A stretch of DNA of 29,618 bases. Source: a virus. Lineage: Duplodnaviria; Caudoviricetes. Under the pieces are notes generated by a model, which searched no databases, was not told the origin of the DNA, and saw nothing but the letters and a program-made list of their open reading frames with translations. The translations under genes and the position numbers were made by a program. The DNA is taken from the IMG/VR virus record IMGVR_UViG_3300007956_000310, positions 1-29,618 of that record; one strand, given 5' to 3'. Below, piece by piece: positions 16,160 through 25,852 of this stretch. Numbering within the stretch: the stretch's first letter is position 1; each line of letters starts with the position of its first letter.

Positions 16160-18381
16160 GCTACGAACAAACTCTTTGGAAAGAAATTAAGGACATTGTA
16201 AATCCTAAGATATTAGCTAAAAACAATAGATTTAAAAAATGGGATTATGGTTATAATTCTGATTATGATTTTATAGTAATAAGTAAAACTGGAAAAATTG
16301 GACAAATCATTGAAATACAAAATCTCAGGATTGCTTTACCAACAGCAGATGAACCGTTTAAACGAAGTAAAGAAAAAGCAAATCAACGTTGGGAAAAACA
16401 AGAGTATCCAAAAGAATTAAAAAGAATTAAAAGTAGATTTGACTGGGAAGAATATCCAGCTGAATTTAAAGAAAAGTGGTACGATTATATAGATGAAGAA
16501 TTTAAAAGAAGAGAACAAGGTTACTGGTTCTATAATAACGGTATTCCTACTTATATTACTGGTACTCATTACATGTACTTACAATGGTCAAAGATTGACG
16601 TTGGAGCACCAGATTTTAGAGAAGCAAATAGATTATTCTTTATATTTTGGGAAGCATGTAAAGCAGATACTAGATGTTACGGGATGTGCTACCTTAAAAA
16701 CAGACGATCTGGATTTTCATTTATGTCCTCGGCCGAACTTGTTAACCAAGCAACAATATCTAGTGATGCCAGATTTGGTATACTCTCTAAATCTGGAGCA
16801 GATGCTAAAAAAATGTTTACAGATAAAGTCGTACCAATATCCGTTAACTATCCGTTTTTCTTCAAACCGATCCAGGACGGTATGGATCGTCCTAAAACAG
16901 AACTTGCATACAGAGTTCCAGCTTCGAAGCTTACTAGAAGGAAGCTTGAAAGCAATGAGCAACTAAGAGAACTAGACGGACTTGACACAACTATTGACTG
17001 GAAAAATACTGGTGATAACTCTTATGATGGTGAAAAGCTAAAGCTATTAGCTCACGATGAAAGTGGTAAATGGGAGAGACCTGATAATATATTAAATAAC
17101 TGGAGAGTTACAAAAACTACACTGCGTTTAGGTTCTAGAATCGTAGGTAAATGTATGATGGGCTCAACTTCAAATGCTTTAGATAAAGGTGGAGAAAACT
17201 TTAGAAAACTTTACTACGCTTCAGACGTTACAAAAAGAAATAGAAACGGACAAACATCTTCTGGGCTCTATAGCTTGTTCATTCCTATGGAATGGAACTA
17301 CGAAGGATTCATCGATAATAATGGATTACCTGTGTTCGTTAGACCAGAAAGTACAATTAAAGGAGCAGATGGTTACGAAATTACAGGAGGAGTTATTGAA
17401 CATTGGCAAAACGAAGTCGAAGGACTTAAGTCAGACAGTGACAGTTTAAACGAATACTACAGACAGTTTCCAAGAACAGAACAGCACGCTTTTAGAGATG
17501 AAACAAAAGATAGTTTATTTAATTTGACTAAAATCTACGAACAAATAGATTATAACGAAGAAATAAATAACATAAACAGCGTTACCAAAGGAAGTTTTCA
17601 ATGGGCTGATGGCGTTAAAGACACTTCAGTAATTTTTGTACCAAACAACAATGGTAGATTTTTAATTTCTTGGGTACCACTTAAAAACTTACAAAACCGA
17701 GTGATACTAAAGAATGGAGTTAAACATCCTGGCAATGAACATATTGGAGCTTTTGGGCTTGATAGTTATGATATATCAGGAACTGTTGATGGTAAAGGTT
17801 CTAATGGCGCTTTACACGGGCTCACAAAGTTTTCAATGGAAGACGTGCCACCTAATCATTTCTTTTTAGAATATATATCAAGACCACAAACAGCTGAGAT
17901 ATTCTTTGAAGATGTTTTAATGGCTATGGTTTTTTATGGCATGCCTATATTAGCTGAAAACAACAAGCCTAGATTTTTATATTACTTAAAAAGAAGAGGT
18001 TATAGAGGTTTTTCTATGAATCGTCCTGATAAAATTTGGAATAAACTTTCTATAACAGAAAAAGAAATAGGTGGAATACCTAATTCAAGCGAAGATATTA
18101 AGCAAGCACATGCTGCTGCAATTGAATCCTACATAGAAACGTACGTGGGACTAAAAGAAAATGAATATGGAGATATGTATTTCCAAAAAACCCTAGAAGA
18201 CTGGGCTAAGTTTAATATAAACAACAGGACAAAGCATGATGCTTCAATAAGTTCTGGTTTAGCTATAATGGCTTGTAATAAAAACTTATACAAACCAGTT
18301 GCAGATAGAAATATAAAAAATGTTAATCTAGGTATTAAAAGATATAATAACGAAGGAAGTTTTTCACAAATAATAAAATAA
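16156..18381 (+). CDS. terL: Terminase large subunit
   Basis: Walker A-like LKNRRSGFS, Walker B LLAHDESGK, motif III MGST, nuclease acidic motifs FGLDSYD and KHDASIS. Confidence 0.9.
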   Translation: MSYEQTLWKEIKDIVNPKILAKNNRFKKWDYGYNSDYDFIVISKTGKIGQIIEIQNLRIALPTADEPFKRSKEKANQRWEKQEYPKELKRIKSRFDWEEYPAEFKEKWYDYIDEEFKRREQGYWFYNNGIPTYITGTHYMYLQWSKIDVGAPDFREANRLFFIFWEACKADTRCYGMCYLKNRRSGFSFMSSAELVNQATISSDARFGILSKSGADAKKMFTDKVVPISVNYPFFFKPIQDGMDRPKTELAYRVPASKLTRRKLESNEQLRELDGLDTTIDWKNTGDNSYDGEKLKLLAHDESGKWERPDNILNNWRVTKTTLRLGSRIVGKCMMGSTSNALDKGGENFRKLYYASDVTKRNRNGQTSSGLYSLFIPMEWNYEGFIDNNGLPVFVRPESTIKGADGYEITGGVIEHWQNEVEGLKSDSDSLNEYYRQFPRTEQHAFRDETKDSLFNLTKIYEQIDYNEEINNINSVTKGSFQWADGVKDTSVIFVPNNNGRFLISWVPLKNLQNRVILKNGVKHPGNEHIGAFGLDSYDISGTVDGKGSNGALHGLTKFSMEDVPPNHFFLEYISRPQTAEIFFEDVLMAMVFYGMPILAENNKPRFLYYLKRRGYRGFSMNRPDKIWNKLSITEKEIGGIPNSSEDIKQAHAAAIESYIETYVGLKENEYGDMYFQKTLEDWAKFNINNRTKHDASISSGLAIMACNKNLYKPVADRNIKNVNLGIKRYNNEGSFSQIIK

Positions 18382-20793
18382 ATGGTTGTAACTGATAGTA
18401 ATAGTATTTTTCCAGATCAAGTTGTTCCTGATGAAGTAAAATCAAGTTATGATTATGGCATGCAAGTAGGCAAAGCCATAGAAGGCGAGTGGTTTAGTGG
18501 AACTAGAACTGGTTTAGGTAATAGATACTCTACTAATTTTAATAATTTTAGAAACTTAAGGCTTTATGCTAGAGGAGAACAAGCAGTTCAAAAGTACAAA
18601 GACGAATTAGCTATTAATGGAGATTTATCTTATTTAAACTTAGACTGGAAACCAGTTCCTGTAATACCTAAGTTTGTAGATATAGTTGTAAATGGAATGT
18701 CTGAAAAGCTTTATGAAATAAAAGCTTATGCTCAGGATCCTGAATCACTTAAATCTAGAACAGAATATGCTAATAGAATATTAAGAGACATAGAGACTAA
18801 AGAGTATTTAGACAACATACAACAAACACTAGGTCTAAACATGTATTCTTCAGAAAACCCTGAAGATCTTCCTCAGAACAAAGAAGAACTAGAACTTCAT
18901 ATGCAGCTAGATTATAAACAGTCTGTTGAAATAGCTGAAGAAGAATTAATAAACAATACATTAGATAGAAATAGATACGAGCTAACTAGAAGAAGAATAA
19001 ACGAAGACTTGGTTATACTAGGAATAGGTTGTACTAAAACAAGTTTTAATAAAGCTGAGGGTATTACAGTTGATTACGTTGATCCAGCTAGATTAGTTTA
19101 TTCATATACTGAAGATCCTAACTTTGAAGACATATGGTATGTAGGTGAAGTAAAAAGAATTAGCCTATCAGATCTCAAGCAAGAGTTTCCTAATTTAACT
19201 CCAGACGAGTTAGAAAAAATACAAAAATACCCAGGAAACAGCAACTATATGTTTGACTGGCAAGGTAGAGACGATAATAATAGTGTTTATGTTTTATATT
19301 TTGAATACAAAACTTATAGCGAACAAGTATTTAAAATAAAAGAAACTGCTACTGGTTTAGAAAAAGCTTTAGAAAAAACAGATGCTTTTAACCCACCAGC
19401 TAGTGACAAGTTTGATAGAGTATCTAGATCTATTGAAGTGTTATATTCTGGTGCTAAAATACTAGGTCATGAAAACTTATTACAATGGGAGCTCGCTAAG
19501 AACATGACTAGACCAGAATCTAATTTGGTTAAAGTTAATATGAACTACAACATATGCGCTCCTAGAATGTATAAAGGTAGAATTGAATCTTTAGTTAGTA
19601 GAATAACTGGTTTTGCTGATATGATTCAGCTAACACATTTAAAGCTACAGCAAGTAATGTCTAGAATAGTACCTGACGGTGTATATCTAGATGCAGATGG
19701 TTTAGCAGAAATAGATTTAGGTAGTGGAACTAGCTACAACCCACAAGAAGCATTAAATATGTACTTCCAAACTGGTAGTATTATTGGTAGGTCAATGACA
19801 CAAGATGGTGGTCAAAACCCTGGTAAAGTACCTATACAAGAGTTGTCTACATCTAGTGGTATGAGTAAAATACAAGGACTTATACAAACTTATCAATATT
19901 ATTTACAAATGATAAGAGATGTAACTGGACTCAACGAAGCTAGAGATGGAAGCACACCTGCTAGTGATTCTTTAGTTGGATTACAAAAATTAGCTATTGC
20001 TAATTCTAACACTGCAACTAGACATATAGTGCAAGCAAGTCTATATTTAACATTAAGAACATGTGAAAATATAGCTCTTAGAGTGGGAGATTGCTTAGAG
20101 TTTGATTTAACTAGAGACGCTTTAAAAGCTAGCATAAGTTCTTACAACGTAGGAACGCTTGAGGATATATATAACTTACATCTATATGACTTTGGTGTAT
20201 TTTTAGACTTAGTACCTGACGAAGAAGAAAAAGCTCAATTAGAACAAAACATTCAAGTAGCTTTACAAGCTGGCCAAATATACTTAGAAGATGCGATTGA
20301 TATTAGACAAGTTAATAATTTAAAACTTGCTAATCAATTACTAAAGCAGAGAAGAAAACAAAAGCAAGCTCAAGACCAACAAGCACAACAAGCTAATATA
20401 GCTGCTCAAGGTCAAGCTCAAGCAGAGACTGCAGAAAGAACAGCTATGGCAGAAGTTCAAAAGCAAGAGGCTTTAGCTCAAACTACTTTGTCAATTGAAC
20501 AAGGTAAGTCTCAGTTTGAAATACAACGTATGGAAAGAGAAGCTGAAATTAAAAGACAATTAATGCAAATTGAATTTGATTTTAACATACAGCTAACTCA
20601 AGCTAAAGGTGAAGCTGAAAGAAATAAAGAGACTTTTATAGAAGATCGTAAAGACAAAAGAGCTAAACTTATAGGTACTCAACAGAGTCAAATGATAGAT
20701 CAAAAGAAAAATGATCTATTACCAACAAACTTTGAATCCGCTGGAAACGATAATCTTGGTGGGTTTGGATTAGAGCAATTTGCTCCACAATAA
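18382..20793 (+). CDS. Portal protein
   Basis: 803 aa directly after terL; PVIPKFVDIVVNG, IRDVTGLNEARDG, long Gln-rich C-terminal coiled coil (P22-like barrel). Confidence 0.85.
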   Translation: MVVTDSNSIFPDQVVPDEVKSSYDYGMQVGKAIEGEWFSGTRTGLGNRYSTNFNNFRNLRLYARGEQAVQKYKDELAINGDLSYLNLDWKPVPVIPKFVDIVVNGMSEKLYEIKAYAQDPESLKSRTEYANRILRDIETKEYLDNIQQTLGLNMYSSENPEDLPQNKEELELHMQLDYKQSVEIAEEELINNTLDRNRYELTRRRINEDLVILGIGCTKTSFNKAEGITVDYVDPARLVYSYTEDPNFEDIWYVGEVKRISLSDLKQEFPNLTPDELEKIQKYPGNSNYMFDWQGRDDNNSVYVLYFEYKTYSEQVFKIKETATGLEKALEKTDAFNPPASDKFDRVSRSIEVLYSGAKILGHENLLQWELAKNMTRPESNLVKVNMNYNICAPRMYKGRIESLVSRITGFADMIQLTHLKLQQVMSRIVPDGVYLDADGLAEIDLGSGTSYNPQEALNMYFQTGSIIGRSMTQDGGQNPGKVPIQELSTSSGMSKIQGLIQTYQYYLQMIRDVTGLNEARDGSTPASDSLVGLQKLAIANSNTATRHIVQASLYLTLRTCENIALRVGDCLEFDLTRDALKASISSYNVGTLEDIYNLHLYDFGVFLDLVPDEEEKAQLEQNIQVALQAGQIYLEDAIDIRQVNNLKLANQLLKQRRKQKQAQDQQAQQANIAAQGQAQAETAERTAMAEVQKQEALAQTTLSIEQGKSQFEIQRMEREAEIKRQLMQIEFDFNIQLTQAKGEAERNKETFIEDRKDKRAKLIGTQQSQMIDQKKNDLLPTNFESAGNDNLGGFGLEQFAPQ

Positions 20794-20819
20794 TTTTTTA
20801 TTAACTATTATATTATATT

Positions 20820-22013
20820 ATGTCAAAACAAGTAGAAAAGGGCCCTCCTACTGATGAAATCAAGGAAGGTTTAAAATTAAAGAAAAAAGTAGGTAGACCT
20901 AAGAAACTAAACAAAGCTACTGAAACAGTAAAATTAGATTTAAGTAAAAACAAAGAAGATGCCATTCAAGAGCCAGAAACAAAGAAAGTTGTGCTACAGT
21001 CTAATGAGACGAAAGAAGAACAAAAGCTGGGACTGCAAGAAGTGGGAGAAACACACGAAGAGCAAAAAGCTACCGAAGAAAGTGTAAGTCCAGTATCTGA
21101 AATAACTGAAGAAGAAGTTAAGCAAGAAACTAAAATTGTAGAACAAGAGTTTAAAGAAGCTATAAGAGATGAAAAAGTAACAGGGAAGCCTTTACCAGAA
21201 AACATCGAAAAATTAGTTTCATTTATGGAAGAAACAGGCGGTGACATTAATGATTATGTTAGATTAAACGCTGATTATACTAATATTAATGAAGATGTTT
21301 TACTTAGAGAATATTACAAACAGACTAAACCACATTTAGAAAGAGAAGAAGTTGACTTTATATTAGAAGACAATTATTCTTGGGACGAAGAAGTGGATGA
21401 AGAGCGAGATATAAAGAAAAAGAAACTCGCTTATAAAGAAGAAATTGCCAAAGCACGTAACTTTTTAGAGCAAACAAAGAGTAAATATTACGACGAGATC
21501 AAGTTGAGACCGGGCGTTACTCAAGAGCAACAGAAAGCAATGGACTTTTTCAATAGATATAACAAAGAGCAAGATATAGCAACCCAGCAGCATGCTGATT
21601 TTGAAAAACGAACTAATAAAATGTTCTCTGATGAATTCAAAGGTTTTGAATTTAATGTTGGAGAAAAAAGATTTAGATATGGAGTTTCAAACCCTCAGGA
21701 AGTTGCTAAGAGCCAATCAAACTTATCTCATTTTGTTAAGAAGTTCTTAAACGAAGATGGAAGTGTAAAGGATCATGTTGGTTATCATAAAGCTATTTAT
21801 GCAGCAGAAAATGCAGATACTATAGCAAAACATTTTTATGAGCAAGGTAAAGCCGATGCTGTTAAAGATGTTGTTGCAAAATCTAAAAACATAAACTTAG
21901 AGTCTAGGACGCCAGCGTCTGAAAGCGATGTATATGTTGGTGGATTTAAGGTGAAAGCTATTTCTGGTGTTGATAGCTCTAAGTTAAAAATACAACGTAA
22001 AATAAAAAAATAA
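20820..22013 (+). CDS. Putative head scaffolding protein
   Basis: Acidic, Glu/Lys-rich helical protein between portal and capsid genes. Confidence 0.65.
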   Translation: MSKQVEKGPPTDEIKEGLKLKKKVGRPKKLNKATETVKLDLSKNKEDAIQEPETKKVVLQSNETKEEQKLGLQEVGETHEEQKATEESVSPVSEITEEEVKQETKIVEQEFKEAIRDEKVTGKPLPENIEKLVSFMEETGGDINDYVRLNADYTNINEDVLLREYYKQTKPHLEREEVDFILEDNYSWDEEVDEERDIKKKKLAYKEEIAKARNFLEQTKSKYYDEIKLRPGVTQEQQKAMDFFNRYNKEQDIATQQHADFEKRTNKMFSDEFKGFEFNVGEKRFRYGVSNPQEVAKSQSNLSHFVKKFLNEDGSVKDHVGYHKAIYAAENADTIAKHFYEQGKADAVKDVVAKSKNINLESRTPASESDVYVGGFKVKAISGVDSSKLKIQRKIKK

Positions 22014-22026
22014 AAACTAAATTAAA

Positions 22027-23541
22027 ATGGGTTTTAATACAAGCGGGAGTTTTCCTGCATCATTAGCTCCTGCACAGAAAAAATTAACTTTGCAGGACAA
22101 TTATCTTAGTTTTAACGGGGACGCCGCAGGCGGAGATCCAGTTAATAACTTTGCACAACAATATCTACCTGAGCTTTATGAAGCGGAAGTAGAAAGATAC
22201 GGAAACAGAACTTTATCTGGTTTCTTGAGAATGGTAGGCGCTGAAATGCCTATGACATCTGATCAAGTTATTTGGTCTGAACAAAATAGATTACACGTAG
22301 GTTATTCAAACGTTTCAGCTACTGTTGCTGGTAATTTTGATATTACAGTTGTTCTTGATTTAACCGCCGCTTATCCAGGTGCTGATTCAACTTCTGGTGC
22401 TGTTAGACAAGGGCAAACTATTCTACTTGCTGATAGAGCTACAGGTTTAGTTACTGCTAAAGCTTTAGTTCAAAAAGTTGGTGACTCTGGTGCTGCTGGT
22501 AAAACAAATGACAGTTTAGAATGTACTTTATATGAAACTAACGCTGCTGGTTTTCCCGCTGCTTTAACTGGAGCAAGCTTAGCTAATCTTTTTGTTTATG
22601 GTTCTGAATACGGAAAAGGTTCTGTAGGAATGGAAGGATCTATTCAGCCACAATTTACTCAGTTTTCTAATTCACCAATTATTCTTAAAGATAACTTTGA
22701 GATTAATGGATCTGATACTGCTCAAATTGGTTGGGTTGAAGTTGCTACTGAAGATGGGACATCTGGATACTTATGGTATTTAAAATCTGAATCTGAAACA
22801 AGATTAAGATTTGATGACTATCTTGAAATGGCAATGGTTGAAGGTGAAAAAATGGCGCAAGCTGGAATAGACTTCAATTACGGTCCTACAAGTGCTAATT
22901 CACAAGTTAAAGGTACAGAAGGTTTATTTGCCGCTATTGAAGATAGAGGTAATGTATACTCTGGTTTTGCTGGTGCTGCTGCTCCTGGAGCTGGTGCATT
23001 AGGAGATTTTGATGCTATCCTTAAGCAATTAGACAAGCAAGGTGCTATTGAAGAAAACATGCTTTTCTTATCTAGATCTACTGCTTTAGATTTTGATGAT
23101 ATGATCGGTGCTATGGCCGGTGGAGGTTATGCTTCTACTCAGTCTGCTTCTTATGGTCTTTTTGACAATGAGGAAGATATGGCATTAAACTTTGGATTTT
23201 CAGGATTTAGAAGAGGTTCTTATGACTTCTACAAAACTGACTGGAAATACTTAAACGATGCCTCTACTAGAGGATTATCAAATGCTATTGACGGTGTTAT
23301 GATACCTGCTGGAACTACAACTGTGTATGACCAAATGATGGGTGTTAACATTAGACGTCCTTTCTTACATGTAAGATATAGAGCTTCTGAAACTGAAGAT
23401 AGAAGATATAAAACATGGATCACTGGTTCTGTCGGTGGTGCTTATACTTCTGATCTTGATGCTATGAGAGTTAATTTCTTATCTGAAAGATGTTTAGTAA
23501 CTCAAGCTGCTAATAACTTCGTGTTATTTAAAGGAGCTTAA
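22027..23541 (+). CDS. Major capsid protein
   Basis: 504 aa, Ala/Gly-rich, follows scaffold, followed by a terminator; HK97-type spine-helix pattern ETRLRFDDYLEMAMVEG...GTEGLFAAI. Confidence 0.85.
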   Translation: MGFNTSGSFPASLAPAQKKLTLQDNYLSFNGDAAGGDPVNNFAQQYLPELYEAEVERYGNRTLSGFLRMVGAEMPMTSDQVIWSEQNRLHVGYSNVSATVAGNFDITVVLDLTAAYPGADSTSGAVRQGQTILLADRATGLVTAKALVQKVGDSGAAGKTNDSLECTLYETNAAGFPAALTGASLANLFVYGSEYGKGSVGMEGSIQPQFTQFSNSPIILKDNFEINGSDTAQIGWVEVATEDGTSGYLWYLKSESETRLRFDDYLEMAMVEGEKMAQAGIDFNYGPTSANSQVKGTEGLFAAIEDRGNVYSGFAGAAAPGAGALGDFDAILKQLDKQGAIEENMLFLSRSTALDFDDMIGAMAGGGYASTQSASYGLFDNEEDMALNFGFSGFRRGSYDFYKTDWKYLNDASTRGLSNAIDGVMIPAGTTTVYDQMMGVNIRRPFLHVRYRASETEDRRYKTWITGSVGGAYTSDLDAMRVNFLSERCLVTQAANNFVLFKGA

Positions 23542-23554
23542 TTATTATATAAAT

Positions 23555-23582
23555 GTGGAGAGTTAACGCTCTCCACTTTATT
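23555..23582 (+). terminator. Intrinsic terminator-like hairpin after major capsid gene
   Basis: GTGGAGAG-TTAACG-CTCTCCAC followed by TTTATT. Confidence 0.8.
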
Positions 23583-23603
23583 AACATTTAAAAAATAAGA
23601 AAA

Positions 23604-23891
23604 ATGGGATATATAAAATTTTACGACGCCTCTGCAAGTTCAGACCAAGTAATTAATTTAGATAATTTAGCAATTGTTAATGCGGCTGCTAATCAATGCT
23701 TTGTTTCTTATCAGCTATTAGCTGGTGATGACTCTGTAATTTCTTTATTAATTACTTCTACTGGAAATGGACCTGCTATACGAGATAAAGTTATAGAAGC
23801 CATAGGTAGAGTAGATGGTGGAGGTATTACAACTATGGATATGAGTGATACTGCTACTACTTCACCAACTGTACTTGATGGTGTAGCTTAA
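23604..23891 (+). CDS. Small capsid-adjacent protein (candidate decoration protein, paralog 1)
   Basis: 95 aa; starts MGYIKF; directly after MCP. Confidence 0.65.
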   Translation: MGYIKFYDASASSDQVINLDNLAIVNAAANQCFVSYQLLAGDDSVISLLITSTGNGPAIRDKVIEAIGRVDGGGITTMDMSDTATTSPTVLDGVA

Positions 23892-23909
23892 TAAAAACAA
23901 AACAAATAG

Positions 23910-23935
23910 AAGGTCCTACTTAGGTAGGATCTTTT
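23910..23935 (+). terminator. Hairpin/terminator, copy 1 of duplicated element
   Basis: AAGGTCCTAC-TTAG-GTAGGATCTT then TT; one G-U pair. Confidence 0.75.
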
Positions 23936-23949
23936 AAAACAATAATAAA

Positions 23950-24261
23950 ATGGAAAACTCAATTTTAAATATAGCATGGGAAGCTGGAGGAAGCATTCCA
24001 ATTAACGCTAAAAACTCTTACAGGTGTGATCAAGGTAGTACCTCTAGTAAAATAGAAATTCTTTACGATGCTCTTGCTTCTAATGCAAATCCTTGGAGAT
24101 TAGAACTTGATTTTGACAAAGACATAACTGAGAACGATAAATTAACTTTAGAAACAGCTTTAATAAACGCACAACAAGAACCTCGCTCTTTAATAGATTT
24201 TAAAATGCCTAGTGGAGCAGTTTTAAAGTCTAGTACTCCGATCACTAACATTCAAAATTAA
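23950..24261 (+). CDS. Small capsid-adjacent protein (paralog 2)
   Basis: 103 aa; C-half WRLELD...NAQQEPRS...MPSG aligns by eye with the next gene. Confidence 0.7.
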   Translation: MENSILNIAWEAGGSIPINAKNSYRCDQGSTSSKIEILYDALASNANPWRLELDFDKDITENDKLTLETALINAQQEPRSLIDFKMPSGAVLKSSTPITNIQN

Positions 24262-24265
24262 AGAT

Positions 24266-24949
24266 ATGGGAAATATAATAAAAATACCAACAACAAATAC
24301 AGGTTTGAATTTACAAAATGGAAGTCCTTTGCTAGATACAAACAACTGGGTTTTAACAGAGGGAGCTGTTGGTGGAAATAATTACACCAATCAACCAGTA
24401 ACAACAACAACTGACGGAGACGGACAGGGGTTTGTTTTTGGGTTTTATTTCTATGAAAATGGAGAATGGGAGTTCTCAGTTAATTCTACTATTACTACAG
24501 TGAATTATAAAGTTGGAGATAAAATATTTTTTACAATTGAAGAAGGCTCACAGCCGCTCAATCCTGAAAATACTTTTTCGTTTGAAACTACAATAACAGC
24601 AAGTATGCTTTCTAACGAAGGTGATAAAATGCAGTATCTACCAGTTTTTAGTTCGTTAAATGGAATAGTACTAACTGTCATACCACCACCTACTGGTCTT
24701 AGTAATTACTGGCAAATCCCAAAACCATGGGGAGGTCATGAAAATTGTTGGAGAATAAATATTGATGGTGGAACTGATACCAATAGAGCAGTAATAACTA
24801 AGGCTATTAATGAAGTTTTTATAGAAGCTGCTCAAGCACCAAATTCACACCCTACTTTAAGGTTACCAAATGGAATAACTTGTAGTGGCGTTGATTATAC
24901 GCAAATACAGATTCAACCAGAACCTGGACCAGGACCTGGACAAGCATAA
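24266..24949 (+). CDS. Capsid-adjacent protein (paralog 3) with inserted beta module
   Basis: 227 aa; starts MGNIIKI; C-half WRINID...EAAQAPNS...LPNG; Pro/Gly tail. Confidence 0.7.
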   Translation: MGNIIKIPTTNTGLNLQNGSPLLDTNNWVLTEGAVGGNNYTNQPVTTTTDGDGQGFVFGFYFYENGEWEFSVNSTITTVNYKVGDKIFFTIEEGSQPLNPENTFSFETTITASMLSNEGDKMQYLPVFSSLNGIVLTVIPPPTGLSNYWQIPKPWGGHENCWRINIDGGTDTNRAVITKAINEVFIEAAQAPNSHPTLRLPNGITCSGVDYTQIQIQPEPGPGPGQA

Positions 24950-24990
24950 GGTTAACAAGCTGGTTAACAAATAAAAAGTAAAAAAACAAT

Positions 24991-25018
24991 AAGGTCCTAC
25001 TTATGTAGGATCTTTTTT
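24991..25018 (+). terminator. Hairpin/terminator, copy 2 of duplicated element
   Basis: AAGGTCCTAC-TTAT-GTAGGATCTT then TTTT. Confidence 0.8.
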
Positions 25019-25021
25019 AAT

Positions 25022-25041
25022 TATTATATTATATTATATTA
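25022..25041 (+). promoter_or_regulatory. (TATTA)4 pentamer repeat abutting the start codon, putative translation-initiation leader
   Basis: tatta x4, the last A being the A of ATG 25041; similar arrays at 3831, 14880 and 20806. Confidence 0.5.
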
Positions 25042-25835
25042 TGGAAACAAAAGAAAAGAAAACTACAGCTAAAGCTGTAAAAACTCCTGAAGTAAAAAAA
25101 GATACTTGGGAATATAAAGATAGAAATTATTATTTATTAGGAAATAAAAATCCTTTAACTTATACTATAATTAGTAGACATACTAGTAGGTACCCTTTAG
25201 TTTGGTTTGACCCAGAGAAAGGTTACGAAAGAGAAATGAGATATGCTACTAACCAAAAATCTGTATTTGTAGATGAGCAACAAGGAACTTCAACTCTTTC
25301 TCATATAGTTTTTTCTAATGGTCATTTATTTGTGCCTAAAGAAAAAAGAAGCTTACAAGAATTACTACTAAAGCACCCTCATAGAAATTTAATATTTGGA
25401 GAACATGATGCTATAATAGAAGCTGAAGATCAATATGATAGTCTAGAGTTAGAGATAGCTGCTATGAATATGGCATACGATATGGATATTGATAAAGCAG
25501 AAGCTATATTAAGAACTGAGATAGGATCTGAAGTGAATAAACTATCTTCTAAAGAGTTAAAAAGAGATTTATTACTTTTTGCTAAGAGAAATCCTAAGTT
25601 GCTTTTAGATCTAGCAGAAGATGAAAATGTTGAACTTAGAAATGTTGCTATTATAGCAGTAGAATCAAATATAGTTTCACTTTCTCAAGATCAAAGAACT
25701 TTTTCATGGGCTAGTAATAGTAAGAAATTATTGAATGTTCCTTTTGAAGAAAACCCATATTCAGCTATGGCTGCTTGGTTTAAAACAGATGAAGGTGTTG
25801 AAGTTTACAACTCAATAATGAAAAAACTAAAATAA
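25041..25835 (+). CDS. Phage structural-module protein of unknown function
   Basis: 264-aa ORF within the head-tail block. Confidence 0.7.
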   Translation: METKEKKTTAKAVKTPEVKKDTWEYKDRNYYLLGNKNPLTYTIISRHTSRYPLVWFDPEKGYEREMRYATNQKSVFVDEQQGTSTLSHIVFSNGHLFVPKEKRSLQELLLKHPHRNLIFGEHDAIIEAEDQYDSLELEIAAMNMAYDMDIDKAEAILRTEIGSEVNKLSSKELKRDLLLFAKRNPKLLLDLAEDENVELRNVAIIAVESNIVSLSQDQRTFSWASNSKKLLNVPFEENPYSAMAAWFKTDEGVEVYNSIMKKLK

Positions 25836-25852
25836 ACAAGTGATTATAATTT

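Noticed and set aside
16493-17449. Overlapping + strand ORFs (157 aa and 86 aa) within terL
   Set aside because: Out-of-frame within a continuous, motif-complete terminase; no motifs, and no sign of an intron, intein or frameshift.
23527-23541. TTTAAAG near the MCP 3' end as a -1 frameshift site
   Set aside because: The heptamer is not in the X XXY YYZ phase, and the downstream hairpin is better explained as a terminator.
23910-25018. Duplicated palindromic repeat as a CRISPR array or IS ends
   Set aside because: Only two copies about 1.1 kb apart with genes in between; no cas gene or transposase in the window.
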